From the NCBI GenBank assembly GCA_903901225.1, contig CAIUQE010000019.1, positions 1,146 to 65,145 on the forward strand: a DNA stretch of 64,000 nucleotides, given 5' to 3'. The notes under the pieces were generated by a model. That model ran no database searches and had not been told where the DNA came from. It worked only from the letters and a program-made list of their open reading frames with translations. The DNA is from Candidatus Omnitrophota bacterium (GTDB lineage Bacteria; Omnitrophota; Gorgyraeia; Zapsychrales; Fredricksoniimonadaceae). Positions 35,955-47,218 of this stretch are shown here, one piece after another. A program made the translations under genes and the position numbers. Position 1 is the first letter of the stretch, and each line of letters opens with the position of its first letter.

Positions 35955-36189
35955 CGAAGCGGGCCTTGCGGCGGGCAGCTGTCTTCTTGTGCATGATATT
36001 GCGTTTGGCCGCTTTATCGATCTTCTTGTAGACCAAAGGCAGGAGCTCCTTGGCTTTCTTTTCATCGACAGCGACGGAAGCCACGTAAGCTTTGATGGTT
36101 TTTCTGAGTTCGGATTTGATATCCAGATTGTGCATCTGGCGCGCGCGGTTCTTCTTGAGGTCTTTAACGGCGGTTTTACGTTGAGGCAC
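35926..36189 (-). CDS. rpsT: 30S ribosomal protein S20
   Basis: AAGGAG RBS, an 8-nt spacer, then a GTG start. VPQRKTAVKDLKKNRARQMHNLDIKSELRKTIKAY...HKKTAARRKARFAKLL, 87 aa. The track ORF 35926..36678 is a spurious upstream extension. Confidence 0.85.
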   Translation of the reverse strand: MPQRKTAVKDLKKNRARQMHNLDIKSELRKTIKAYVASVAVDEKKAKELLPLVYKKIDKAAKRNIMHKKTAARRKARFAKLLSTKKA

Positions 36190-36244
36190 GAGTTTTACTC
36201 CTTGTTGTTTGTTAGGTTCGAAAGTATAACAAACGGGTTTTTTT

Positions 36245-37816
36245 ATGTCAACTGATAAAAATGAGCACGACCATTCGCTCCGGGGCATATTGCGCTCCAC
36301 CTCCGTGATGTCGCTGGGAACCCTGGCCAGCCGCGCGCTGGGGTTTGTGCGGGACATCATTTTCGCGCATTTTTTCGGAACGGCCGCGGGGGCGGACGCG
36401 TTCGTCGTGGCGTTCCGCCTGCCGAACCTTTTCCGGGACCTGGTGGGCGAGGGGGCGGCCAATTCCTCCTTTGTCCCGGTCATGACCGAATACAAGGAAA
36501 GGAAGCCGGAGGAACTGGCCGGGTTTCTTAACGCGATCCTGGTCTGGGCGTTCATCGTGCTGTGCGCCATCACCCTGGCGTGCATTGTCCTCGCGCCCCT
36601 GGTGGTCAGGCTCATCGCGCCTGGCTTCGCGGAGGAACCTGGCAAGCTCGGGATGGCCGTGACGTTGACCCGCATCATGTTCCCCTATCTCGTCCTGATC
36701 GGGCTGACGGCGTTATTTTCCGCCATCCAGTTCGCCTATGGCGCTTTTGTCATGCCGGCGTTCGGGCCATGCCTGCTCAATATCGCGCTTATTGCGTCGA
36801 CCCTTGCCGCCGTGGCCTGGATGAAGACGCCGGTCTACGGGCTGGCCTGGGGCGTTCTCGCGGGCGGGTTCCTGCAACTGTATTTCCAGTGGCGCACCCT
36901 GGCCGGGCATGGGGTTGTTTTCCGCTGGCCGTTAACGCTGTTCCATCCGGGCGCGCGCCAGATCGGGCGGCTCCTTTTGCCGCGCCTGGTCGGGTCCGCG
37001 GTCTATCAGCTCAATGTTTTTGTCGATACGATCTGCGCCTCGCTCACGGCCATTGTCGGGGCCGGCGGAATTTCGGCCATTTATTACGCGAACCGGATCG
37101 TGCTTTTCCCGATGGGGGTTTTTGGCGTCGCGCTCGCCGCGGCGACCCTGCCGGCGTTCGCGCGGCACGTGGTGGCGGATGACAAGGAAGAGTTGCGCCG
37201 GACCATTGTTTTCGCCCTGGAGAATATCTTTTTCGTGATGATGCCGACGACCATCTTTTTGTGCCTTCTGGCGGAGCCGCTGACGCGGGTCGTTTTCCAG
37301 CGCGGGGTGTTCGACGCGTATTCCACGACGGTCACGGCGTCGGTCCTCTTTTTCTTCAGCCTGGGCCTCATGGGTTATGGCGGGGTGAAGATACTCGCCT
37401 CCGCCTTTCATGCCATGCAGGACACCCGCACGCCGGTGAAGGTCGCCTTGCTGTGCCTCGTCGTGAACGCGGCGCTTAATCTTATCCTGATGTTCCCCAT
37501 GAAGCTTTCCGGCATCGCCCTGGCGAGCGCGATCGCGTCTTTGGTCAATGTCGGGACGCTGTTCATGATCCTGGAGCGGCGGCTTGCCGGCTTGAAAGGC
37601 GCCTTTGGCGCTTATTTCGCGCGGCTGTTCGCGGCCGGTATTGTGATGGGAGCCCTCATCTGGGGGCTGTGGCACGGCCTCAGCGGGATCCCGGAGCTGG
37701 CACGGCTTTTCGTGGCCGCGCTCCTGGGCGGGGCAGGTTATCTTGCGGCGGCGTTCGTGTTCGGGCTGGAGCAGGCGCGCCAGCTTGTCAGGAAGCTCAT
37801 ACGCCTGCCGTCCTGA
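36245..37816 (+). CDS. murJ: Lipid II flippase MurJ (MviN)
   Basis: 523 aa, 14-TM topology. Conserved MSLGTLASRALGFVRDIIFAHFFG and FPMGVFGVALAAATLP. Confidence 0.9.
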   Translation: MSTDKNEHDHSLRGILRSTSVMSLGTLASRALGFVRDIIFAHFFGTAAGADAFVVAFRLPNLFRDLVGEGAANSSFVPVMTEYKERKPEELAGFLNAILVWAFIVLCAITLACIVLAPLVVRLIAPGFAEEPGKLGMAVTLTRIMFPYLVLIGLTALFSAIQFAYGAFVMPAFGPCLLNIALIASTLAAVAWMKTPVYGLAWGVLAGGFLQLYFQWRTLAGHGVVFRWPLTLFHPGARQIGRLLLPRLVGSAVYQLNVFVDTICASLTAIVGAGGISAIYYANRIVLFPMGVFGVALAAATLPAFARHVVADDKEELRRTIVFALENIFFVMMPTTIFLCLLAEPLTRVVFQRGVFDAYSTTVTASVLFFFSLGLMGYGGVKILASAFHAMQDTRTPVKVALLCLVVNAALNLILMFPMKLSGIALASAIASLVNVGTLFMILERRLAGLKGAFGAYFARLFAAGIVMGALIWGLWHGLSGIPELARLFVAALLGGAGYLAAAFVFGLEQARQLVRKLIRLPS

Positions 37817-37832
37817 AAAGGGATGGTCCTTC

Positions 37833-39500
37833 GTGAATCTTCATCTGTTGAATATCGCGTTGTGGTTCCTCCCTTATGCCCAGGTCACCGGCCTCGGCCT
37901 GTTGCTGCTGAAATTGCTGCGCTTCGAGTTCAAACGCCCGCGTGACGTGTTGCGCGCGTTCTGGGCGGGATTCGCGGGCCTCATTGCCTGCCTGCAGCTG
38001 ACTCATTTCTTTTGGCCCGTGAACTTTCCGGTGGTCTTGTCGTTAATGTTCCTGAGCGCGTTGGGTTTTATCATGGCTGGCCGCGACGGCGTGAGGCTGC
38101 TGACGAACCTGAAGTTCAAAGATCTCCTGTTCATCATTGTTGCCGCCGGGATCGTGCATGCCTGGGTCCTCAGCCAGAAAGCTGTCGTGCCTGTGCGTTA
38201 TGATACCGGCTTGTATCATATCCAGCAGATCGACTGGCTGATGCGGCATCCGACGGTGGTAGGGCTGGGGAATCTTTTCACGAACCTGGCGTTCCCCCAG
38301 GTGTATTTCTTTTTTGCCGCTTTCCTGGAACGGGCTTACGCGGGCATGGGCGGATGTTATATGGCCAGCTATATCCTGGCTGCCGCCGTCCTGTTCGAAT
38401 GCGCGCTCGGGGCGCGCGCCATTATCGTCAAGGCCGACCTGCGGGTACAAAATTTCTTTCGCGTTCTTCTATTTCTGCCGTTCATTTTCTACGCCTGTTA
38501 TGATAGCCGCGTTGTCACGGCGTCACCCGATGCGGCGGTGTTCCTCATCGAACTGGCGATGACCGCGCTGTTGTTCGACGTGCTGGAAGATCTGCCGGGA
38601 TGTCCGCTGGCTTTCTTCGTTTATATTTTTATGACATTTATCGGTATCGCGCTCAAGCCTTCTTACGCGATCTTTGGTGCTGCCGGGCTTGTGCTGGCCG
38701 GATGGAGGGGGCGCGGGCGTCTTCGTGGATGGTGGTTTGTCCTCATCGGGGCGTGCGTCCTTGTCCCGTTCTTTATCCGCAACATCATGCTGAGCGGGTA
38801 TCTTTTTTTTCCGTCATCTTTCATGCCTTTTCCCGTGGACTGGAGGATCCCCGCGTTCATCCAGGACGGGAATCTCGCGTGTACGTTGAGTTACGCCAAG
38901 GCGGGGGATTGCCAGGCGCGGGCGTTGGGCGATCTGGGCTGGCTCGGGTTCTGGTTAAAGGACGGGATCAGGGGCGCGAGCGGGTTTTTTAACGTTCCTT
39001 TGGGATTGATCTTTTTTGGGTGCCTCTTTGGTGTCAGGAAGGTCTTTAAAGCACCTGTTATCGCTGTTCTTTTGCCGCCGGTCATTTCGTTTACGGTTAT
39101 TTTTTTTACCGCGCCGGATTGCCGCTTCTTTGGCAGCAGCGTCTGGATCATCGGGCTGGTACTCGCGGCGGCGGTTTTCGCCGGAGAAGGGGTCCTGTTG
39201 AAGTTCCTGCCCGTGAAAGGACTGGTCCTTGTGCTCGTTGTTTTATTCGGGCTGATGAGCGCGCGGGGTGCCTGGAGTGCGGTGGCTTTGAAGAGATACA
39301 TTCCCGTTGATCGCGGGCATTACAAGGTGTTCCGCCTGAGCGACGCGGTCAGCGTCCTTCAGTTACAGGGCGATGACCGCTGCTGGGGCACGTCTTTGCC
39401 GTGCACGCCGCATCGTATCGGCGCTTTGAAGTTGCGCGATCCGCGGCACATCGAGGCGGGTTTCACGCGCCAGGGTGACCGGGAGGATATGACGCCATGA
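37833..39500 (+). CDS. Polytopic membrane protein of unknown function (possibly GT-C-like)
   Basis: The in-frame GTG at 37833 follows the murJ stop; the track start at 37743 would overlap murJ by 74 bp. At least 12 hydrophobic helices. Cys-rich C-terminal segment (RCWGTSLPCTPH). Confidence 0.45.
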   Translation: MNLHLLNIALWFLPYAQVTGLGLLLLKLLRFEFKRPRDVLRAFWAGFAGLIACLQLTHFFWPVNFPVVLSLMFLSALGFIMAGRDGVRLLTNLKFKDLLFIIVAAGIVHAWVLSQKAVVPVRYDTGLYHIQQIDWLMRHPTVVGLGNLFTNLAFPQVYFFFAAFLERAYAGMGGCYMASYILAAAVLFECALGARAIIVKADLRVQNFFRVLLFLPFIFYACYDSRVVTASPDAAVFLIELAMTALLFDVLEDLPGCPLAFFVYIFMTFIGIALKPSYAIFGAAGLVLAGWRGRGRLRGWWFVLIGACVLVPFFIRNIMLSGYLFFPSSFMPFPVDWRIPAFIQDGNLACTLSYAKAGDCQARALGDLGWLGFWLKDGIRGASGFFNVPLGLIFFGCLFGVRKVFKAPVIAVLLPPVISFTVIFFTAPDCRFFGSSVWIIGLVLAAAVFAGEGVLLKFLPVKGLVLVLVVLFGLMSARGAWSAVALKRYIPVDRGHYKVFRLSDAVSVLQLQGDDRCWGTSLPCTPHRIGALKLRDPRHIEAGFTRQGDREDMTP

Positions 39501-40762
39501 ACAGTCCGTTGCGGGCCAGGATAGCGGCGCTCCCTGTTTCCAGTGGTGTTTATCTCATGAAGGACGGCGCCGGGGCCATTATTTACGTCGGCAAGGCCGT
39601 GAACCTGCGCCGGCGTGTCCAGTCATATTTCAGGGGCAAGGCGCAAGATCCAAAGACGGGCCTCCTTGTCGCGCAGATCGCGGATATCGACGTGGTCCAG
39701 ACCCACAGCGAGGCCGCGGCGCTCATCCTTGAAGCCGCGCTGGTGAAAGAGCATTTTCCAAGGTTCAACATCGACCTCAAGGATGGCAAATCTTATCCGT
39801 ATATCGAACTGACCCAAGAGGAGTTCCCCCTGGTCTCCCTGGTGCGTCTGGCTGGCGTTGACGGCAAAAAGCCCGGGGCGCGGTATTTCGGGCCTTATGT
39901 CGACGCGCCGCTTGTGCGTGAAGCGCTGGGCCTGGTCCGCAAGATATTTCCTTTTCGCAGTTGCCTCACCATGCCGAAGAAGCCCTGCCTTTACAACGAT
40001 ATCGGCTTGTGCGACGCGCCCTGCGCGGGGCAGATCTCCGTTGAGGATTACCGCCGCAAGATCAACAATATCCGCTGTGTCCTTGACGGGCGCAAGGATG
40101 AGCTTTACCGCAACCTCAGGCAGGACATGGAACGCCTGGCGCAGGCGCGGGATTTTGAACGCGCGGCGGAAGCGCGCGACCAGTTGCGGGCGGTCGGGGC
40201 GCTTTACGCCTCAAGCCCGGATGCCAATTATTTCAAGGAAGCCGAACAGCTCCAGCGGGCTTTTGGCTTGCCGCGCCGCCCGGAGCGCGTGGAGTGCATT
40301 GACATTTCGACCACCATGGGGGCGAATTCCGTCGGGTCCGTTGTCACCTTTCTTGATGGCAGGCCCGATAAGAGCAATTACCGGCGTTTCCGCATCAGGG
40401 AGGTCGAGGGCATGGATGATTTTAAAATGGTCGCCGAGGTCGTGCGCCGGCGTTACGGGCGCCTGAAACGCGCGGGCGCGGCCTATCCCGACCTGGTCAT
40501 TATCGACGGCGGCAAAGGCCAGCTTGCCGCGGCCGAGGCGGAGCTCAGGGCGCTTGACGCGGCCATCCCGCTGATCTCGCTGGCCAAGAGGGAAGAGGAG
40601 GTTTTTCTTCCAGGCCGGCGGGGGCCCGTTATCCTGGACAGGTCATCGCTCGCCTTGAGGTTTTTGCAGCGCGTGCGCGATGAGGCACACCGTTTTGCCC
40701 TGGCGTATCACAGGATATTGCGCGGGAAGAAGTTTGTCGAGTTGGAGCGTAACACTAAGTGA
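39497..40762 (+). CDS. uvrC: Excinuclease ABC subunit C, short form lacking C-terminal (HhH)2 domain
   Basis: GIY-YIG (GVYLMKDGAGAIIYVGKAVNLRRRV), a UVR domain (ARDFERAAEARDQL) and the RNaseH-like endonuclease region. Ends at 421 aa versus about 600 for canonical UvrC. Confidence 0.8.
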   Translation: MNSPLRARIAALPVSSGVYLMKDGAGAIIYVGKAVNLRRRVQSYFRGKAQDPKTGLLVAQIADIDVVQTHSEAAALILEAALVKEHFPRFNIDLKDGKSYPYIELTQEEFPLVSLVRLAGVDGKKPGARYFGPYVDAPLVREALGLVRKIFPFRSCLTMPKKPCLYNDIGLCDAPCAGQISVEDYRRKINNIRCVLDGRKDELYRNLRQDMERLAQARDFERAAEARDQLRAVGALYASSPDANYFKEAEQLQRAFGLPRRPERVECIDISTTMGANSVGSVVTFLDGRPDKSNYRRFRIREVEGMDDFKMVAEVVRRRYGRLKRAGAAYPDLVIIDGGKGQLAAAEAELRALDAAIPLISLAKREEEVFLPGRRGPVILDRSSLALRFLQRVRDEAHRFALAYHRILRGKKFVELERNTK

Positions 40763-40816
40763 AATATGATGTTATAAAACGCTGGTAACAAGGCACGCAG
40801 CGGGTATATAATACGC

Positions 40817-43800
40817 ATGGTACGCGCCCGATCCGTAAATGGCACCGGTCGTGCCATCCAACTTATGAGAATATCTTTTTTTAATAAAGATCTCTTTAAA
40901 GACCTGAACCGCAGCCTGAACCGGTCCGGGCGCCGGCCACGGCGTTATTTTATCCTTCTCACTGTGGTCTTTTTTTCCGTGTTCGTATTTTCAGCGCTGA
41001 CGTTCAATTACCTCGTCCTGCGCGGCGCGCTCATCAATGCCAATATCACGCGCAAGCAGGTCATCGTGGATCTGACGAAGGAACTTATTTTTCAGAAACT
41101 GGACGGCTTCGAACAGTTCGGGATCTCGCTGGCGGGGAACCAGGATTTTTTGCAAAAGGTCGCCGTCGGCGACTGGCAGGGCGCGATCGCAACGCTGGGT
41201 GATGTCCCGGGCAAGGCGGAATTCATCGACAGGATATTCCTGGCGGACGCGCGGGGGACTGTCCTTGCCGACCTGCCGCGCCTTGAGGGCGCGGTGGGAC
41301 AGAACCAGGCGCTGACGGACTGGTATCAGGGGGTCAGCCAGAAGTGGGCGCCTTATGTCAGCGAGGTTTACCAGCGGTCCGTCGAGCCGCGCGTCAATGT
41401 TGTCAACATCGCGGTACCGATCGCCACCGGCGCGTACCCGTCCCGGCAGATCATGGGGGTCCTTGTCCTTCAGATCAGGGTGGAGAGTTTTTCGTTATGG
41501 GTCCAGGACCTCAAGCTGGCCTCTGGTGAATACCTGTTCATTGTTGACCACAAAGGCCAGAGCGTTTATCATCCCAAATTTCCCGCTCAGGGTGGCATCA
41601 CCGCGTTCTCTTCCGTCCCCGTTGTCCGCAGAATATTGGACGGCAAGGAAGGCTCGGATTTTACCAATAATCCTTTTGAAAAGGAAAAAAGGTTCGAGAC
41701 CTACGGCCGGATCGAGAATTTCGGCTGGGGGGTTGTCTTGACCCAGCCGGCGCACACGGCTTACGCCGAACACAACAAGGCTCTGGTCACGGTCCTGTTG
41801 ATGTACGGGCTGTTCTTCATTTCCATCGCCGGCCTTGTGGCCACTGTGCTGTGGTTTTTCCGTAAGAATAAGGAACACGCGCTTATCCTGGAAAATACCC
41901 AGCAGGACCTGAGGCTCATCCTTGATTCCACCGCGGAGGCGATCTACGGCGTTGACATTGACGGCAGGTGCACCTTCTGCAATCCCGCGTGCCTGCGCTT
42001 GCTTGGCTACAGCGATGCCCGCGCTCTGCTGGGAGAAGACATGCACCGCAAGGTCCATCATAGCCAGCCGGACGGGGCGCTGATCCCGGTCGGGGAGTGC
42101 CGCATATCCAAAGCGGCCAGGAGCGGCACGGAAGAACATTTTGAAGGGCATGTTTTCTGGCGGGCGGACGGGACGAGCTTTCCTGTTGAAGTGTGGTCCT
42201 ACCCGCAGCGCCGCGACGGAAGGCTTGTCGGAACGGTCGTCACGTTCATCGACATCACCGAGCGCGAGCGCGCCGAAGAAGTGCTGCGCGAGAGCGAAGA
42301 GAAACACCGCGTCCTTTTTGAAAGTTCCCATGACGCCTTGATGACGATTTCGCCTCCTTTGTGGAAGTTCACCGAGGCTAACCCCGTTACGCTGCAGTTG
42401 TTTGGGGTTGCGACCAAGCAGGAATTCCTGGCCATCGGGCCGTGGGACGTTGCCCCCCAGAAGCAGCCTGACGGGCGCGATTCCGGCGAGAAGGCGAAGG
42501 CCATGATCGAGACGGCCGTGCGCGAAGGGTCGCATTTTTTTGAATGGACGCACAAACGTATCGACGGGAAGGAGTTCCCCGCCACGATCCTGCTCACGCG
42601 GATGCAGTATGGCGGCCAGATGATGCTGCAGGCCACGGTGCGTGATATCAGCGAGCAGAAGCGCCGCGCGGAAGAGTTGCAACGCTCGGCCTCTTTTCTG
42701 ATGATGTCGCACGATCTTGCGGAAATCGGGTCGTGGGAATATGACCTCGCGACCCAGACGACGGTCTGGTCCGAGAAGATGTTCGCGATCCACGGCATCG
42801 CGCCGCAGGCCGGGGCCCCGGCGTTCGCCAGGATCGCGGAGATGGTCCATCCGGATGACCGCGACCGCTGGGGGCGGATGATCGAGGATGTGGTCAGGAC
42901 CAAAATGTCGCAGGAGATCGAGTTTAGGATCATCAGGCCTGATGGCGAATGCCGCTGGCTGCACGCGCGCGAGGCGGCGTATAACCGCGTTCAGGAGGAC
43001 CGGACGTATTTTTACGGGGTCATCCGGGATATCACGGCACGCAGGCGCACCGAGGAAGAGATCGCCTTCAAGAACATCATCCTTTCTTTCCAGGCGGAGA
43101 CGTCGATCGACGGCATCCTCACCGTCGACGAACAGGGCCGGGTCATCCTGGCCAACCGGCGTTTCGCGTTCATGTGGAACGTTCCCAACGAGATCATGGA
43201 GTCAAGATCTGACGAAAAGCTCCAGCGGCACATGGGGTCGTTCCTGGCCGCGCCCGAGGCCTTTTTCAAGAGGATCCAGTTTCTTTACGCGAACCGCCAT
43301 GAGAAGAGCACTGACGAGCTTACGTTCACCGGCGGGAAGGTGTTCGAACGTTATACCTCGCCCATGTTCGACAGCGACGGGAAGTATTACGGCAGGGTTT
43401 GGTACTTCCGCGACATCACCGCGCCCCGCAAGATGGGCGAGAGCATCCGCCGTTCGGAGAACCAGAAAAGAGCGCTCCTCGACAACATTCCGGACCTGGC
43501 CTGGCTCAAGGATAAGGAAGGGAAGTATATCGCGGCCAATGAATCTTTTTCCAGGGCTTGTGGCGTGGATGTCATCACGGTCCTGGGAAAGACCGACGCG
43601 GATATTTGGCCGCCGGATGTGGCCGGGAAATACGCCGTGGATGACCAGGAGGTCATGGCGGCAGGCCAGGGCAAGACGCTCATCGAACCGGTGACGGATA
43701 AAGAGGGGAAGACCCAGTGGTTCCAGACCACCAGGACGCCCATTCACAATGAGAAAGGCGAGATCATCGGCACGGCCGGGATCGCCCGTGATATCACCGT

Positions 43801-44686
43801 CCAGAAGAACGACGCGGAGGAATTGCGCCGGGCGTATGAACATCTCAACGCGGCCAAAGACCAGCTCGTGCAGTCCGAGAAACTGGCCGCCATCGGCCAA
43901 CTGGCCGCGGGCGTGGCGCATGAGATCAACAATCCCATGGGGTTTGTCGCCAGCAACCTGGAGATGCTCGAAGAGTACGTTGCCGGATTTTTGAAGATGA
44001 TCGACTTTACGCGCCGGCTCAAGGTCGCCGTTGAGAAGAAGGATGCGGCCGCGGCGTTCGCGGTCATGGTCGAGATGCGCGAGTTCGAGTCTTCCGTCAA
44101 CATGCCTTACATTATCAGTGACAGCGAGAACCTGGTGCGCCAGTCGCGCGACGGCGTCAGCCGCATCAAGAAGATCGTGGCGGACCTCTCGAACTTTTCG
44201 CGCGATGAGGTCGAATGGACCGAGGAGCTCATCAAGATCGAGGATGTCGTCGGGATGGCGCTCAGCGTCGCTTTCAATGAACTGAAATACCGCATCGAGC
44301 TGCGCCGGGAATACGGCCCCACGCCCCCGGTATTGTGCAACACCCAGAAGTTGGCCCAGGTTTTCCTGAATCTCCTGATGAACGCCGCCCAGTCGATCGC
44401 CGACAAGGGCGTGGTCGAGATCCGGACTTACGTGAAGGATGGTTATCTCGGCGTTGATATCATGGACAGCGGTTGCGGGATACCTGAGGAGAATCTGAAC
44501 AAGATCTTTGACCCGTTCTTCACGACAAAGCCCGCCGGCAAGGGGACGGGGCTTGGCCTGAGCATCAGCTACGAGCTTGTCAAGAAGCAGGGCGGCGAGA
44601 TCACGGTCCGTTCGACGGTCGGCAAGGGCAGTGTTTTTTCGGTGATGTTGCCGCTTTCTTCTAAAAAACCCGTGCCCCGGGCATGA
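40817..44686 (+). CDS. Multi-sensor histidine kinase (Cache-like periplasmic domain, TM, multiple PAS, HisKA, HATPase_c)
   Basis: TM at about residue 45. A periplasmic Cache-like region. A second TM. At least four PAS/PAC units. H-box [10 protein letters not shown]1/G2 boxes ([26 protein letters not shown]). TATAAT lies at 40806-11, just upstream of the ATG, so the transcript may be leaderless or start at ATG 40865. Confidence 0.85.
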   Translation: MVRARSVNGTGRAIQLMRISFFNKDLFKDLNRSLNRSGRRPRRYFILLTVVFFSVFVFSALTFNYLVLRGALINANITRKQVIVDLTKELIFQKLDGFEQFGISLAGNQDFLQKVAVGDWQGAIATLGDVPGKAEFIDRIFLADARGTVLADLPRLEGAVGQNQALTDWYQGVSQKWAPYVSEVYQRSVEPRVNVVNIAVPIATGAYPSRQIMGVLVLQIRVESFSLWVQDLKLASGEYLFIVDHKGQSVYHPKFPAQGGITAFSSVPVVRRILDGKEGSDFTNNPFEKEKRFETYGRIENFGWGVVLTQPAHTAYAEHNKALVTVLLMYGLFFISIAGLVATVLWFFRKNKEHALILENTQQDLRLILDSTAEAIYGVDIDGRCTFCNPACLRLLGYSDARALLGEDMHRKVHHSQPDGALIPVGECRISKAARSGTEEHFEGHVFWRADGTSFPVEVWSYPQRRDGRLVGTVVTFIDITERERAEEVLRESEEKHRVLFESSHDALMTISPPLWKFTEANPVTLQLFGVATKQEFLAIGPWDVAPQKQPDGRDSGEKAKAMIETAVREGSHFFEWTHKRIDGKEFPATILLTRMQYGGQMMLQATVRDISEQKRRAEELQRSASFLMMSHDLAEIGSWEYDLATQTTVWSEKMFAIHGIAPQAGAPAFARIAEMVHPDDRDRWGRMIEDVVRTKMSQEIEFRIIRPDGECRWLHAREAAYNRVQEDRTYFYGVIRDITARRRTEEEIAFKNIILSFQAETSIDGILTVDEQGRVILANRRFAFMWNVPNEIMESRSDEKLQRHMGSFLAAPEAFFKRIQFLYANRHEKSTDELTFTGGKVFERYTSPMFDSDGKYYGRVWYFRDITAPRKMGESIRRSENQKRALLDNIPDLAWLKDKEGKYIAANESFSRACGVDVITVLGKTDADIWPPDVAGKYAVDDQEVMAAGQGKTLIEPVTDKEGKTQWFQTTRTPIHNEKGEIIGTAGIARDITVQKNDAEELRRAYEHLNAAKDQLVQSEKLAAIGQLAAGVAHEINNPMGFVASNLEMLEEYVAGFLKMIDFTRRLKVAVEKKDAAAAFAVMVEMREFESSVNMPYIISDSENLVRQSRDGVSRIKKIVADLSNFSRDEVEWTEELIKIEDVVGMALSVAFNELKYRIELRREYGPTPPVLCNTQKLAQVFLNLLMNAAQSIADKGVVEIRTYVKDGYLGVDIMDSGCGIPEENLNKIFDPFFTTKPAGKGTGLGLSISYELVKKQGGEITVRSTVGKGSVFSVMLPLSSKKPVPRA

Positions 44687-44747
44687 CCCGTGATCTTTTT
44701 TTACCTTTTCCTGGTGTATACTTGTTGCGTACGGGGGGAGGTATCGT

Positions 44748-46841
44748 ATGCGCGCGTTTTTGCTGAAAGTCCTGATGGCGGCGCTGGGCGTGGTCCTTTT
44801 GTCCTGCCGTCCTTCCTTATCCCAGCCTTTGGATATCCACACACTGGCTTCGGGCATCGGCGCCGCGGCTGGCGGTCCCGGAGGTATTTCTTTGTCACGA
44901 AAGCCGGCCATGCCCGTTGAGCTGACGGATCCTCTCCGTCAGGAGATGAGCCTGAAGATCGCCGCGGGGCTGGTGTCGCTTGCCGACGCGGCAACGCATG
45001 TGGCGCCGAGCCATGTCGGCCATCCCGGTTTTCACGACGCGGCGTTCGTGTATGACAAGGCCGTGGACGCGCTCGTCTTGCGCGCCGCCGGCGCGGACCA
45101 TGAAGCGCGCGCCGTCCTTGATTATTTCGCGCAGCGCCTGCGCATCCCCCTGGGTGAGGTCAAAAAGAACGCGGATGCCAACGGCATTTACGGGATGCTG
45201 AAACTGGTCCCGTCCATTGACGATCCTCGCGGCGTCGGGCTTGTCAATGCCGTGGATTGCCGTTCGACGGAGGTTGAGGGGCGCGGCCAGGTCGAGTACT
45301 GGACAACGCCGGGGCCCGTGGCGTTCATGGTCATGGCGTTGCTGAAAGTGGACCGCAAGAAATATCTGCCGGAGGCTCTGACCTTGGGGCGTGCCCTGCG
45401 GCTGATGCAGCGGGCTGACGGCGCTGTCACGGACGGCGACCGGGGCGCGGGGAACGTGTGGACGGAACCGCACATGGATTCCTATTCGGCGTTCCTGATG
45501 CTTTTTGAAGCGACGGGTGACGGGGCCTGGAAAGAGGCGGCGGACAAGGCGTGGGAGTGGTTCGCGGGCAATGTTTACAAGCCCGGCGACGGCGTGATCC
45601 ACCAGGGGATGCGCCCCGGCGGGCCGACGGCTGTGTTCGCGACCGATGCCTATTCATGGACCATGGCGGGGCGGGGCGGGGAACGGCTGCCGCTCGACGT
45701 GCTGGAGAAATTGACCGACCGGATGCTGCGCAGCACCGTCGCGCGGGTGACGCTGGAACTTCCCGACGGGGATACCCGGACCGTGACCCTGGTGGATTTT
45801 ACCGACGCGCGGGATGAGCGCATCAAGGCTGATCGCGGCGGCTTCCATCCCATGGGGTCCGTCGAGTGGATCGGCGGGGTGATCCTGGCCCTGCAGAAGA
45901 ACGCGGTGCGTTTCTGGAACGAAGGCAGTTTCGCGTCGCAGGAAAAAGCGGGGTATTACAAGGCGCTCGCCGAGTTCTTCAACCGCCAGGCGATGGATAC
46001 CTTCTACGCGCTTGACGGCGTTAAAGGCCTGGTGTCGTTCTACGCGACCTCCCAGTGGCTGGCGACGGGGCATGGCTGGAAAACGCCGTATTTTTACGTG
46101 AAGGACCCCGCGGGCAAGCCGTCGGTCAAGGGCGGCAGCACCATTGGCGCCTGGGTCGTCCTGCCGCTGTTGCGCGATGACCCTTTCAAGCTGGATGATG
46201 ATTACGGCCGGGTGTATGACGCCATCCCCCTGGATGAACCGGCTACCCGTAAAGCAGAGGCGTATATCGCGGATATCGTCCAGGCGCGGACGTTCACGGA
46301 ACCTGTCCCGACGGAGATGGCATCGGACGTGGGCGATATCCCCGAGATGTGGCGTTACAACGTGCAGATGTTCAACGCGTTCAACGCGGGCAATTATTAC
46401 GCGGCGATCCTCTGGGCCGAGAAGGTCGTGGGCAACAGCGAATGGCGCCGGCTCGCCGTCGACCAGCAGCGCCGCAAGGCGCGTGACGTGAAGGGCCTTG
46501 TGGACTACCCCTGGGGCACGCCCGTGGCCGAGGTGAAGGAAAAGCAAAGGACCATCCAGAAATACCCGCTGCTTAATGAAATGGGCGCGGCCATGTGGGG
46601 GCTCGCGGTATCGCAGTACAGGCTGGGTAATTTGAGCGAGGCGAAGAGCTGGGTCAAGACCATCATCGCAACGGTCCCTTATCACCAGATCTTCGCGCCG
46701 TCAGGGCCGGGTTACTGGAACGCGCTGGTGTCCTGGGAGACGAATCCGGGCGGCAGTGCCCTTGATGCCGCCATGGGCGAGATCTACCGCGAGGTCCTGC
46801 GCGACATGGGCAGCGCGTCCGCCATGCCGCCGTCTTTTTAA
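44748..46841 (+). CDS. Secreted/lipoprotein of unknown function (697 aa)
   Basis: RBS ggggggagg. Lipobox-like VVLLSC. No recognised catalytic motif. Possibly an alpha-helical toroid-type fold. Confidence 0.45.
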   Translation: MRAFLLKVLMAALGVVLLSCRPSLSQPLDIHTLASGIGAAAGGPGGISLSRKPAMPVELTDPLRQEMSLKIAAGLVSLADAATHVAPSHVGHPGFHDAAFVYDKAVDALVLRAAGADHEARAVLDYFAQRLRIPLGEVKKNADANGIYGMLKLVPSIDDPRGVGLVNAVDCRSTEVEGRGQVEYWTTPGPVAFMVMALLKVDRKKYLPEALTLGRALRLMQRADGAVTDGDRGAGNVWTEPHMDSYSAFLMLFEATGDGAWKEAADKAWEWFAGNVYKPGDGVIHQGMRPGGPTAVFATDAYSWTMAGRGGERLPLDVLEKLTDRMLRSTVARVTLELPDGDTRTVTLVDFTDARDERIKADRGGFHPMGSVEWIGGVILALQKNAVRFWNEGSFASQEKAGYYKALAEFFNRQAMDTFYALDGVKGLVSFYATSQWLATGHGWKTPYFYVKDPAGKPSVKGGSTIGAWVVLPLLRDDPFKLDDDYGRVYDAIPLDEPATRKAEAYIADIVQARTFTEPVPTEMASDVGDIPEMWRYNVQMFNAFNAGNYYAAILWAEKVVGNSEWRRLAVDQQRRKARDVKGLVDYPWGTPVAEVKEKQRTIQKYPLLNEMGAAMWGLAVSQYRLGNLSEAKSWVKTIIATVPYHQIFAPSGPGYWNALVSWETNPGGSALDAAMGEIYREVLRDMGSASAMPPSF

Positions 46842-47218
46842 GCTTTAATCGCCGGGAAGAATTTTACGCCGGGCAGGTTTTTGAAGTCAGCGTCCTGGGT
46901 CCAGACAGTCCCGCGCATCAAGCGCGCTGTGGCGAGGACAATGCTGTCCGCCATGGGGAGTTTAAGTTCAGCGCTGATCTTGGCCGCGTTCAATGACAAA
47001 GGCGCGTCCAGAGGGATGATCAGCCCCTGGTTCATGAGGCCGATGGCCTGCAGGGCATTATTTTCATCGCGCTCCTGGAGGATCTTTTTGAAGACCTCGT
47101 AGAGGCAGATGACAGGGACAACGAGCTTGCCGGTGTTCTCAATGGGCGCGGCGAAATGTTTCGCGTTGGCGCCGTCACTGAAATATTCCAGCCAGGCCGA
47201 AGAGTCCACGATGTTCAT
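46838..47218 (-). CDS. vapC: PIN-domain toxin VapC
   Basis: MNIVDSSAWLEYF...D, 126 aa, PIN acidic residues. ATGA overlap with the upstream antitoxin. Confidence 0.8.
   Translation of the reverse strand: MNIVDSSAWLEYFSDGANAKHFAAPIENTGKLVVPVICLYEVFKKILQERDENNALQAIGLMNQGLIIPLDAPLSLNAAKISAELKLPMADSIVLATARLMRGTVWTQDADFKNLPGVKFFPAIKA

Noticed and set aside
35926-36678. 250-aa minus-strand ORF
   Set aside because: Only the last 87 codons (35926-36189) are ribosomal protein S20, with an AAGGAG RBS and a GTG start. The upstream 160 codons run antisense through the murJ 5' region and are a spurious extension.
36932-37675. 247-aa minus-strand ORF
   Set aside because: It is antisense to murJ. Arg/Asp-rich low-complexity translation.
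41495-42964. 489-aa minus-strand ORF, plus 43202-44911 (569 aa)
   Set aside because: Both are antisense to the multi-PAS histidine kinase. Its HisKA and HATPase motifs are unambiguous on the + strand.
45654-46685. 343-aa minus-strand ORF
   Set aside because: It is antisense to the 697-aa secreted protein gene, which has a proper RBS and lipobox start.
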